Assembly (NCBI GenBank): GCA_000830295.1
Contig: CP010425.1
Location: 1,038,952-1,102,951 of the forward strand
DNA from: an archaeon GW2011_AR15
Lineage (GTDB): Archaea > Nanobdellota > Nanobdellia > Woesearchaeales > GW2011-AR15
Direction of reading: 5' to 3'
DNA length: 64,000 nucleotides
The translations under genes and the position numbers were made by a program. Positions 56,348-64,000 of the stretch are shown here, one piece after another. How positions within the stretch are numbered: the stretch's first letter is position 1; each line of letters begins with the position of its first letter. The notes under the pieces were generated by a model. The model did not search any database. It was not told the origin of the DNA and was given only the letters and a program-made list of their open reading frames with translations.

Positions 56348-56884
56348 TTACTTTTCAACATTCCCTGAAAGAATCTCAGGAGCTTCTCCAATAATATCAA
56401 AAATTTCTTTTTCCAGCTTATAGACAAGCGCAATATCCTCTTTCCTGTTCTCGCTGTCTCTGGCCGGGTATTTTCTGTTTATGTAGTCATATCTTCCTTT
56501 CAGCGAAACTATCTTGTCGTGCAGGACTCTTTTGTCTGCATAATAAATTATTTTTTCCTCCCAGGTCTTCAGGCTTTTTATGAAATCACCCCTGTGCTGC
56601 TTGGCATAAAATCCCAGTTCCGAATACCCTTTTTCTGCCAATATTTCTTCTGTCCTGAAACCATGCTTCACTGATTTATCATTTATACAGAGCCACTTGT
56701 CTAGGTCATGAAGAAGCGAGCCTTTGTCAACAGTTTCAGAATCTATTTCAATGCCTTTTTCTTTAAGTTTTTTGCAGAGAAAGACAGCAACTTTGTTCAC
56801 CGCAATTACATGGTCTATTATATTCTGCGGTGTTCCAAGCTCTTTGTACCATCTCAGGCACTGTTCTCTTGTGGGAAATCTCAT
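56348..56884 (-). CDS. HD-domain phosphohydrolase
   Basis: H..AV...A is followed by LLHDLDK, the HD motif. Confidence 0.75.
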   Translation of the reverse strand: MRFPTREQCLRWYKELGTPQNIIDHVIAVNKVAVFLCKKLKEKGIEIDSETVDKGSLLHDLDKWLCINDKSVKHGFRTEEILAEKGYSELGFYAKQHRGDFIKSLKTWEEKIIYYADKRVLHDKIVSLKGRYDYINRKYPARDSENRKEDIALVYKLEKEIFDIIGEAPEILSGNVEK

Positions 56885-57453
56885 CTCAAATGCCCTGTGT
56901 TGTTTATCATGTGGATTCTATGTTTTTTATCTTCCGTTATCTCAAATATGCTGATACTTGCATTTCCCAGCTCAGGCATCTCTTCAAGCCTTTTACCCTG
57001 TACCAGGGCAAGCATCTGCCTGCCTGCCCCTCCATGGCTTACAAATACAACAGTGGACTTTGGATATTTTTTATAGGTTTCATCTATGAATCCCCTTAGT
57101 CTTTTCTTTGTCTGCTCTTCAGATTCGACCCCTTCCGGCCTCTTATTTTTCCAATCAATTGGGCCGATTTCTGATTTCTTCTTCCCAGTAAGTATTCCCA
57201 TGCTGAATTCCCTTAATGATTCAGTAAGAATAAGAGGTACATCTCTATGATAGTGTCTTATTTCTTTTGCAGTGTCTGCTGCTCTCGCAAGATCGCTCGA
57301 AAATATTGCATCAATTTTTTCATTTTTCAGCCTAAGGGCTGCTTTTCTCGCCTGATCTATGCCCTGCTCTGTCAGCTTTCCATGAATATGCCCCTGGAAA
57401 ATGCCCGCAGAATTCTCCTCTGTTTCGCCATGTCTTACCAGAATGACTTTCAT
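56881..57453 (-). CDS. histidine phosphatase family protein (phosphoglycerate mutase-like)
   Basis: LVRHGETEEN matches the RHG motif, and a downstream VSHGG is present. Confidence 0.85.
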   Translation of the reverse strand: MKVILVRHGETEENSAGIFQGHIHGKLTEQGIDQARKAALRLKNEKIDAIFSSDLARAADTAKEIRHYHRDVPLILTESLREFSMGILTGKKKSEIGPIDWKNKRPEGVESEEQTKKRLRGFIDETYKKYPKSTVVFVSHGGAGRQMLALVQGKRLEEMPELGNASISIFEITEDKKHRIHMINNTGHLR

Positions 57454-57477
57454 AGTTAATCAGTTTCAAGTATAATG

Positions 57478-58116
57478 CTATATATCTAATTTTTTCTCAT
57501 TTATAAATTCTTCAAAAACAGAAAGCCTGCTTGTATAATCTGCCTCGGAAAGGTCAAAATTCAGCCTGTATGTTGAGTCAATATCATGCAGGATATCATG
57601 CCAGTCTGTTCTCAGGTCAGCATCCATATCAAGGTACAGAAAATAAAACACGTATATTACCTTACTCCTGGCTATAACTCTTCCATTCGCTTTGTCAATT
57701 ACAAGGCTCCCGTATGCGCCCTTTGAGGGCATTATGTAATCAGGCCTTTTTTCAGCAGCGCTTCCAAGAGTGCCGTTCTGTGCTGCATTATAAAACGCTT
57801 CTATAACCGGAACAAGAGCTGCAAGGCCATCATAACCCTCCTCGAGCAGGCTTTGCTCCAGAGGAAAGGTAGAGCCTTCGTGCAGTGTAAGAATATTAGC
57901 TCCGCAGCTCAGCCTGTTTTTTATGTCCGGCTTGGAAACGCTCTCTTTTTCTAGGAAATCTTCAAGGTCCGTAAAGAATTTAGTCTGGCCAAGAAAAAAT
58001 TCATCAAGATACAGAGCAAAAACTCCTTTTGAGTCTATAGCTGCAATCTTCCAGTTTTCCTGGTCATGAAGGGCATAGCCTGTTGGGAACCTTGGTGTAT
58101 ACCCTTTGTTATCCAT
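57478..58116 (-). CDS. hypothetical protein, 212 aa, paralog A of a tandem pair
   Basis: It shares NRLS...G..F.L...LL..G.DG.AAL.P.I...Y, PDY, FYL and F.EF blocks with 58153-58791. Confidence 0.55.
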   Translation of the reverse strand: MDNKGYTPRFPTGYALHDQENWKIAAIDSKGVFALYLDEFFLGQTKFFTDLEDFLEKESVSKPDIKNRLSCGANILTLHEGSTFPLEQSLLEEGYDGLAALVPVIEAFYNAAQNGTLGSAAEKRPDYIMPSKGAYGSLVIDKANGRVIARSKVIYVFYFLYLDMDADLRTDWHDILHDIDSTYRLNFDLSEADYTSRLSVFEEFINEKKLDI

Positions 58117-58152
58117 CAGAAAACTAAGAGAAGAAATTATATTTAAAGTATT

Positions 58153-58791
58153 CTATAGCTGAAATGCATCCGGCCTGCTATCGAAGAACTCTTGAAATGC
58201 AGCTAATGAGGGCCCAATAGGTTCCTCTTTCACGCTAAAGCTAGGAGTATATATCATGTCAACAGTTGCTTTGAGTGTCTCAATATCCTCTCCCTCGTCT
58301 CCCAGGTAAAAGAGATGGATATCATATTCAAGATCTTCCTCAATAATAGCCTTATTGCTCTCTCTGTCCAGACGTATTCTGCCTCTTGCACCCATTCCGC
58401 CAATCACGTAATCAGGAAGCTGGAAGGTTGAGTTCTGAAGTTCATTCTCGCACTTATCCTCTAGCTCCATGTAGAGCACCTTTATTATTGGATCAAGCGC
58501 TGCGGTGCCGTCAAGCCCCTGTGCAAGAAGATATTCATCTAATGAAAACTCTGCTCCTTTGTACAAAACAATTGTCCATGTATCGTATGAAAGCCTATTC
58601 ACAATTGAAAGGTCAATGCCTTTCTCCCTGTTGATGAGGTCGTTAGCAGTAACGTGCTCCCTTGGCACATTCCCGAATGCCGCATCTATTCCCTGGAGCT
58701 TAAATACCCCGCCAGAGGCTATAACGCCTATAGGCCCATACCCGCTGTCCATAACAGTATGGATCATCTCACTGAATTTAGGCTTGTACAT
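58153..58791 (-). CDS. hypothetical protein, 212 aa, paralog B of a tandem pair
   Basis: See 57478-58116. The two proteins have the same length and collinear conserved blocks. Confidence 0.55.
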   Translation of the reverse strand: MYKPKFSEMIHTVMDSGYGPIGVIASGGVFKLQGIDAAFGNVPREHVTANDLINREKGIDLSIVNRLSYDTWTIVLYKGAEFSLDEYLLAQGLDGTAALDPIIKVLYMELEDKCENELQNSTFQLPDYVIGGMGARGRIRLDRESNKAIIEEDLEYDIHLFYLGDEGEDIETLKATVDMIYTPSFSVKEEPIGPSLAAFQEFFDSRPDAFQL

Positions 58792-58868
58792 TTCCCCTGG
58801 GGGAGGAATAAATTATATTTAAATATTGCTTAATTAGTAATAAGAATCAATCAGGAATGTTAACAGAA

Positions 58869-59180
58869 TTATACGTCAATCATCTCAATCTCAATATTAA
58901 GGCCGTCCGGGATAGGCACTCTCATAACAAGCCTCAGCGCCCTCTCATCGATGCCAAGATCAATCAATCTCTTGTGTATCCTCATCTCATAGCGCTCCCA
59001 TGTTTCTGTTCCCTCTCCGTCCGGGCTTTTCCTTGTCGTAACCCTTAGTTTTTTTGTCGGAAGAGGTATGGGGCCACGTATCACTACCCCTGTCTTGTCT
59101 GCAATCTCTTTTATACTAGCACAAACCTGGTTCACCTTATTGATGTCCATGCTTGCCAGTTTTATCCTTGCTTTCTGCAT
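58869..59180 (-). CDS. rps10: 30S ribosomal protein S10
   Basis: ARIKLAS...[10 protein letters not shown]...[27 protein letters not shown] matches the family. Confidence 0.93.
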   Translation of the reverse strand: MQKARIKLASMDINKVNQVCASIKEIADKTGVVIRGPIPLPTKKLRVTTRKSPDGEGTETWERYEMRIHKRLIDLGIDERALRLVMRVPIPDGLNIEIEMIDV

Positions 59181-59240
59181 CTTTTTTCTCCTGCATGATA
59201 AGTTTTAAATTATCATGAAAATAAAAAATAAAACATAAAT

Positions 59241-60536
59241 TTACTTCTTGTTCATGTCCTTTGCGACAAGGTCTATGCACATGCCTGCTGCGACTGTTGT
59301 TCCGCTGTCCCTGATTGCGAACCTTGACAGCTGCGGTATGTCCTTCTGCCTCTCTATTACCAGAGGTGTTGTAGGCCTTATCTTTACTATGGCTGCGTCC
59401 CCGTTCTTTATGAAGTCAGGCTTTTCCTTAAGTGTTGCGCCTGTTCTTGGGTCCAGCTGCCTTACAATCTCAACTATCTGGCATGCAACCTGTGCTGTGT
59501 GGATGTGGAATACCGGAGTGTATCCTGCTGTGATAACAGTAGGGTGGTTAAGGACTACCATCTGTGCTGTAAACTCTGTAGCAACAGTAGGCCAGCTGTT
59601 AGGATGACCTATAACGTCTCCCCTTGCCAGGTCCTTCTTTCCCATTCCGCCGACTGAAAATCCGACGTTGTCCCCTGGTTCTGCCTTGTCAAGCTGCTCA
59701 TGGTGCATTTCTATTGTCTTGCATTCTCCAAGAACTCCTTTTCCTTCTCTTCCCGGAACTGCAACAATCTTGTCCTTTGCTTTCATAACTCCTGTCTCTA
59801 CCCTTCCTACCGGTACAACTCCTATACCTGTGATGTTATAGACATCCTGGATAGGTAGCCTCAGCGGCAGGTTGACTGGTTTTTCCGGTACTTTGAAATT
59901 GTCAAGTCCCTCAACAAGTGTCGGACCTGCGTTCCATTTCAGGTTTTCTGACTTTTTGACAACATTGTCTCCCTTCAGGCCTGAAATCGGAATAAACTGC
60001 ACTTCCTCTATCTTGTAGCCGACTGTCTTAAGCAGGCCTTCAACCTGTGACTTAACAGAATTGAATTTTGCCTGGTCATAGTTGACCATATCCATCTTGT
60101 TCACTGCTACTGCAAGCTGGTTGACACCGAGTGTCTTTGCAAGGAAAACGTGCTCCTTTGTCTGTGCCATGACTCCGTCAGTAACTGCAACTACAAGCAC
60201 ACCGCAGTCTGCCTGTGATGCTCCTGTAATCATGTTCTTGACGAAATCCCTGTGGCCTGGTGCGTCGATTATTGTGAAATCATATTTTGCTGTTGAGAAT
60301 TTCTTGTGGGCAAGGTCGATTGTAATACCCCTTTCCCTCTCTTCCTTAAGGTTGTCCATGACATAAGCGAACTCAAATCCGCCTTTTCCCTGGGCATCTG
60401 CAAGCTCCTTAAGCTTTCTCAGCTGCTGCTCTGAAATATTTCCTGAGTCGAATAGCAGCCTTCCTACTGTAGTTGATTTGCCGTGGTCAATATGACCAAT
60501 AACAACGAGATTCAAATGTTCTTTTTGTTTTGCCAT
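59241..60536 (-). CDS. tuf: translation elongation factor 1-alpha
   Basis: [22 protein letters not shown] and NKMD are present, with a full-length match pattern. Confidence 0.96.
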   Translation of the reverse strand: MAKQKEHLNLVVIGHIDHGKSTTVGRLLFDSGNISEQQLRKLKELADAQGKGGFEFAYVMDNLKEERERGITIDLAHKKFSTAKYDFTIIDAPGHRDFVKNMITGASQADCGVLVVAVTDGVMAQTKEHVFLAKTLGVNQLAVAVNKMDMVNYDQAKFNSVKSQVEGLLKTVGYKIEEVQFIPISGLKGDNVVKKSENLKWNAGPTLVEGLDNFKVPEKPVNLPLRLPIQDVYNITGIGVVPVGRVETGVMKAKDKIVAVPGREGKGVLGECKTIEMHHEQLDKAEPGDNVGFSVGGMGKKDLARGDVIGHPNSWPTVATEFTAQMVVLNHPTVITAGYTPVFHIHTAQVACQIVEIVRQLDPRTGATLKEKPDFIKNGDAAIVKIRPTTPLVIERQKDIPQLSRFAIRDSGTTVAAGMCIDLVAKDMNKK

Positions 60537-60604
60537 TTTCTATCCTCCGAATTCAATCATTAGGTCTATTTTTAGGAAATTATAACACTTTATAAGCATT
60601 TCTC

Positions 60605-62791
60605 TTATTCTGCTGTAGTTTCCTCCTCGACAATTCCCTTTCTTGACCTTATCTGGTTTATTATTTTCTGCTGAAGCTCGTTTGGCAGCTTTTCGAATCC
60701 CTGGTCAACAACTGAAAAACTTGCCCTTCCCTCTGTTGAGCTTCTTATGTCGTTGCTTAATCCAAACATCTCTGCAACTGGAAGCTTACCTTTTATTGTT
60801 GTGAATTCTCCTCTGCTGTCCATCTCAAGCATCTGCCCTCTCTTTGATGAAAGCAGCTTTGAGACTTCTCCCATGAATCTTGTTGGGGTATCAAACTGGA
60901 GCACCTGCACTGGTTCATAAAGCACAGCCCCGCCGCCCCTTATAGCTGCCCTTATACCTTCCCTTACTGCAGGGTATACCTGTGCTGGCCCCCTGTGGAT
61001 TGAATCCTCGTGCAGGCTCATGTCAGCCAGAGTTACAAGCAGACCTATGCATGGCTCTCTTGCCAGCGGCCCTGCTCTCATGACATCCTCAAACATATCG
61101 TTTATGAGCTCAATAACCTCTCCCATATGGACCTGACCACGTGTGTCTTCTATGAGGATATTCCCTTTATAGATATTCTTGACCTTTCTTGCCTCTTTTG
61201 CATCAAATCCGAGTGATGAAAGCTTTTCCCATAGCTGCGGCACTTTCTTCTTGATTCTCCCTTCAGCAAGCTCTCCTGATTTTATTGCATCCCTTAGTTT
61301 TGGGTCAAGAGGAGCAACTTTGAAATAAAACTTGTTGTGCTTGTTCGGAGATTTTCCTTCATATTCCTGGGAAGGCTTTGTTACTGTCTCCCTGTATACG
61401 ACAACAGGCGGGCTTGTCTTGACATCAAGGTGCTTCTCAGTCTTAATCCTGTTTTCTATGATTTCAAGATGCAGCTCTCCCATTCCTGACATCAGGTGCT
61501 CTCCTGTCTCCTCATTAATCTGGATTGTAATGGATGGGTCTTCCTTTCCAACCTTCTTCAGCACTTCAATTAGTTTTGGAAGGTCGCTAGGCTTTGTGGC
61601 CTCAACAGCCTTTGTAACAACAGGCTCAAATAAATGCTTGATCTGCTCAAAAGGCTCAGCGTCTGTGTCTTCTGCGACTGTCTCCCCTGCAAATCCTTTC
61701 TTGAACCCTGCAATGCCTATGATGTTTCCTGCGGGAACATTGTCCACTACTTCTCTTTTTGCTCCGTTGAATATGTAGACCTGCTGTATTCTTGCAACTT
61801 CCTTTGCTGCAATAAGATGAACTGTCATCCCTTTTTTCACTGTTCCTGAAAAAAGCCTGCCTGTGCATATCTCTCCTGCAAGAGGATCAACGACAATCTT
61901 TGTTATCACAAACCCTATTTTACCATTTGGATTGCAGCTCAGAAGGGATTTCCCGAAATCTGTCTCAACATCTCCCTGCCATATCTTCGGGATCCTGTAT
62001 TTTTGTGCATCTATGGGATTTGGGAGGTGCTTTACTACTGCGTTTAGTATGACCAGATGGATCGGGGCTTTTTTCCTTAAAGCCTTGATGTCTTCTTCCT
62101 CTCCCTTGCTGTATGCGTCTATTATGTCATTGAAATTGACATTGTTCTTCTGCATATAGGGTATGGAAAGCGCCCAGTTATGGAAAGCAGAGCCGAAGCA
62201 GACGCTCCCGTCCTGCACATTGACATCCCATTTTCCCCTGAATTCGTCAGGGCAGATGCTGTTGACAAACCTGTTTACCCCTGTGATAATTTTTGCGAAT
62301 CTTTCCTGCATCTGTGCAGGTGTCAGCTGAAGCTCTTTTATCAGCCTGTCAACTTTATTTATGAAAAGGATTGGCTTTACTCTTTCCCTAAGGGCCTGCC
62401 TCAGCACAGTCTCTGTCTGGGGCATCATGCCTTCTACAGCGCAGACAAGCACGATTGTTCCGTCTGCTGCTCTCATTGCCCTTGTGACGTCCCCTCCAAA
62501 ATCAACGTGGCCTGGCGTATCCAGAAGATTGATCAGGTGCTCCTCGTTGTTGAGAGTGTGAACCATAGAAACTGCTGATGTGTCGATTGTGATGCCTCTC
62601 TGCTGCTCATCTTCGTGAAAATCAAGCACCTGCATCTTTCCTGCAAGGTCCTCTGAAATCATGCCTGCGCCTGCCAGGAGGTTATCTGAAAATGTTGTCT
62701 TCCCGTGGTCTATGTGAGCGCAAATAGCTATGTTCCTTATATAAGTAGGTTTATTCATAATTGCTGTTACCCTGTCAACCATCTTTGCCAT
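60605..62791 (-). CDS. fusA: translation elongation factor 2
   Basis: AHIDHGKTT, DTPGHVDF and NKVDR are present, along with the diphthamide-loop region HEDSIHRGPAQ. Confidence 0.96.
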   Translation of the reverse strand: MAKMVDRVTAIMNKPTYIRNIAICAHIDHGKTTFSDNLLAGAGMISEDLAGKMQVLDFHEDEQQRGITIDTSAVSMVHTLNNEEHLINLLDTPGHVDFGGDVTRAMRAADGTIVLVCAVEGMMPQTETVLRQALRERVKPILFINKVDRLIKELQLTPAQMQERFAKIITGVNRFVNSICPDEFRGKWDVNVQDGSVCFGSAFHNWALSIPYMQKNNVNFNDIIDAYSKGEEEDIKALRKKAPIHLVILNAVVKHLPNPIDAQKYRIPKIWQGDVETDFGKSLLSCNPNGKIGFVITKIVVDPLAGEICTGRLFSGTVKKGMTVHLIAAKEVARIQQVYIFNGAKREVVDNVPAGNIIGIAGFKKGFAGETVAEDTDAEPFEQIKHLFEPVVTKAVEATKPSDLPKLIEVLKKVGKEDPSITIQINEETGEHLMSGMGELHLEIIENRIKTEKHLDVKTSPPVVVYRETVTKPSQEYEGKSPNKHNKFYFKVAPLDPKLRDAIKSGELAEGRIKKKVPQLWEKLSSLGFDAKEARKVKNIYKGNILIEDTRGQVHMGEVIELINDMFEDVMRAGPLAREPCIGLLVTLADMSLHEDSIHRGPAQVYPAVREGIRAAIRGGGAVLYEPVQVLQFDTPTRFMGEVSKLLSSKRGQMLEMDSRGEFTTIKGKLPVAEMFGLSNDIRSSTEGRASFSVVDQGFEKLPNELQQKIINQIRSRKGIVEEETTAE

Positions 62792-62815
62792 TTTATTTAG
62801 TCACCTGTTTGAAAG

Positions 62816-63304
62816 TTAAAAAACATGCTTCTCATGCACTGTCTTGTATGTATGAATCTCTTTGTCCGTAAACCACAAAGCAACTTCTTTTTTTGCATTT
62901 TCTGATGTATCTGAAGCATGAATGATGTTCTTCACTGCTGTGCCCTTATTGTCGGCATATGCATATGAATGATGCGCAAAATCCCCCCTTATTGTCCCTG
63001 GGAGAGCCTGCCTTGGCTCTGTGCTGCCTGTCATCTTCCTCACTACCTCAACTGCGTGTATACCTTCAACCGCTATAGCAACAACAGGCCCTGAGATTAT
63101 GAACTCCTCAAGACTCCTGTAGAAAGCCTTCGCAACATGCTCTGAATAGTGCTTTTTTGAGAAAGCCTTGTCAACCCACACCATTTTCATGCCGACTATC
63201 TTAAGCCCGACATTCTCAAATCTGGTTATGATATTGCCCACGATGCCCCGTTCAACTGCATCAGGTTTCAAAAGCACTAATGTCCTCTCTATAAGGTCTG
63301 GCAT
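62816..63304 (-). CDS. ndk: nucleoside diphosphate kinase
   Basis: ERTLVLLKPDAV and NIIHASD (active-site His) are present. Confidence 0.9.
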   Translation of the reverse strand: MPDLIERTLVLLKPDAVERGIVGNIITRFENVGLKIVGMKMVWVDKAFSKKHYSEHVAKAFYRSLEEFIISGPVVAIAVEGIHAVEVVRKMTGSTEPRQALPGTIRGDFAHHSYAYADNKGTAVKNIIHASDTSENAKKEVALWFTDKEIHTYKTVHEKHVF

Positions 63305-63316
63305 TTTTATCATCTC

Positions 63317-63508
63317 CTATTGTTTCTTGTTTTTCCGGTGTTCTTCTGTCCACCTTGTCAACCTTGGCTTCCTGCTAAGCTTTATCATGTTCTTCTCGCA
63401 TTTTCCTGAACAAAAATAAAGTATCTTTGCATCAGACTTGATGTACATCTTACCTGTTCCCGGAGTGAATTCCTTCCCGCAAAAAGTGCATTTCATTTTC
63501 TTAAACAC
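63317..63508 (-). CDS. rpl24e: 50S ribosomal protein L24e
   Basis: [34 protein letters not shown] is a zinc ribbon typical of L24e. Confidence 0.88.
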   Translation of the reverse strand: MFKKMKCTFCGKEFTPGTGKMYIKSDAKILYFCSGKCEKNMIKLSRKPRLTRWTEEHRKNKKQ

Positions 63509-63547
63509 CTCCTGTGTTTGAGAATTGAAAATCTTTGATTTTCATTT

Positions 63548-63850
63548 CTATCCACTCCCTCTTCCTGTCTTGTTAAGCGGACGGGCCTCAATTTCTGTCT
63601 CTCTCAGCATAAGGATATCTCCTGTCTGCACTGGCCCTACGACATTCCTTCTTATTATCTTGTTGGCGTCCCTTCCTTCAAGAATCTTGCACCTAACCTG
63701 GGTAACTCCGCCTCTTGTGCCTGTCCTTCCAATTACTTCCTCGACTGTAGCAGGAACAGCAACTGTAAAGGTAACCTTGCCTCTTATTTCCTTTTCCTGC
63801 TCTGCTCCCTGTTTCTGCTCAGCCTGCTGAGTCTTTTCTTCTCTTGCCAT
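63548..63850 (-). CDS. rps28e: 30S ribosomal protein S28e with a charged N-terminal extension of about 35 aa
   Basis: The core is [51 protein letters not shown]. There is no in-frame ATG, GTG or TTG between the annotated start and the core. Confidence 0.82.
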   Translation of the reverse strand: MAREEKTQQAEQKQGAEQEKEIRGKVTFTVAVPATVEEVIGRTGTRGGVTQVRCKILEGRDANKIIRRNVVGPVQTGDILMLRETEIEARPLNKTGRGSG

Positions 63851-63855
63851 GAAAA

Positions 63856-64000
63856 TCAGCCTTTCTTGTTGAATTCCTTAATCAGCGCTGATGCTTCCCC
63901 TGGTTCGGAAACTGCAATAGCGCTTGTCCCCACTTGTAATCCTGCTGCTGCTCCAAGCTCTTCTTTGCTTGGCACTTCAACGCATGGTATCCCTTTCTCC
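63856..64000 (-). CDS. rpl7ae: 50S ribosomal protein L7Ae (C-terminal 47 aa; the rest lies outside the window)
   Basis: Manual translation of the minus strand gives [47 protein letters not shown] followed by a stop. Confidence 0.8.
   Translation of the reverse strand, partial: EKGIPCVEVPSKEELGAAAGLQVGTSAIAVSEPGEASALIKEFNKKG

Noticed and set aside
42214-62791. Inteins or large insertions in RtcB, EF-2, EF-1alpha, ThrRS or the phosphoketolase.
   Set aside because: All have family-typical lengths and uninterrupted motif order.

Overview
This is an archaeal chromosomal segment. It is AT-rich by eye (roughly 40% GC, not computed) and very densely coded. Archaeal identity rests on EF-2, EF-1alpha, S10, L7Ae, S28e, L24e, L41e, S17e, S8e, TFE, Alba, SRP54, RtcB, the RNA polymerase A'' subunit and many intron-containing tRNA genes. 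The small genes, patchy metabolism and bacterial-type insertions fit an uncultured small-genome (DPANN-like) archaeon, but that placement is inference.

Main content:
- A minus-strand 16S - tRNA-Ala - 23S rRNA operon (about 1005-5986) with recognisable processing stems and no adjacent 5S.
- Eight tRNA genes, seven of them interrupted by introns.
- A split transketolase, FtsZ and an FKBP-type isomerase.
- A plus-strand operon of about 9 kb (16.7-25.8 kb). It encodes an NAD salvage route (pncB, pncA, nadE, a Nudix hydrolase, an NMNAT homolog, nadK) interleaved with a Hanks-type protein kinase, a vWA protein, a truncated pyruvate-kinase-like protein and two orphan ORFs. An NrtR-like Nudix-wHTH regulator lies upstream, with two matching GTGT-N7-ACAC sites next to TATA boxes.
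- A bacterial-type phosphoketolase - acetate kinase pair, followed by a cobalamin-riboswitch-like leader in front of a DUF4346 gene.
- thrS, rtcB and a PGM/PMM plus nucleotidyltransferase pair.
- Two VIT-family genes flanking an LspA homolog.
- An ndk, EF-2, EF-1alpha, S10 ribosomal cluster at the right end.

I saw no CRISPR array, transposase or integrase. The most unusual element is the NAD operon with its embedded kinase, vWA and PK-like genes. All functional calls come from motif recognition by eye; no searches were run.
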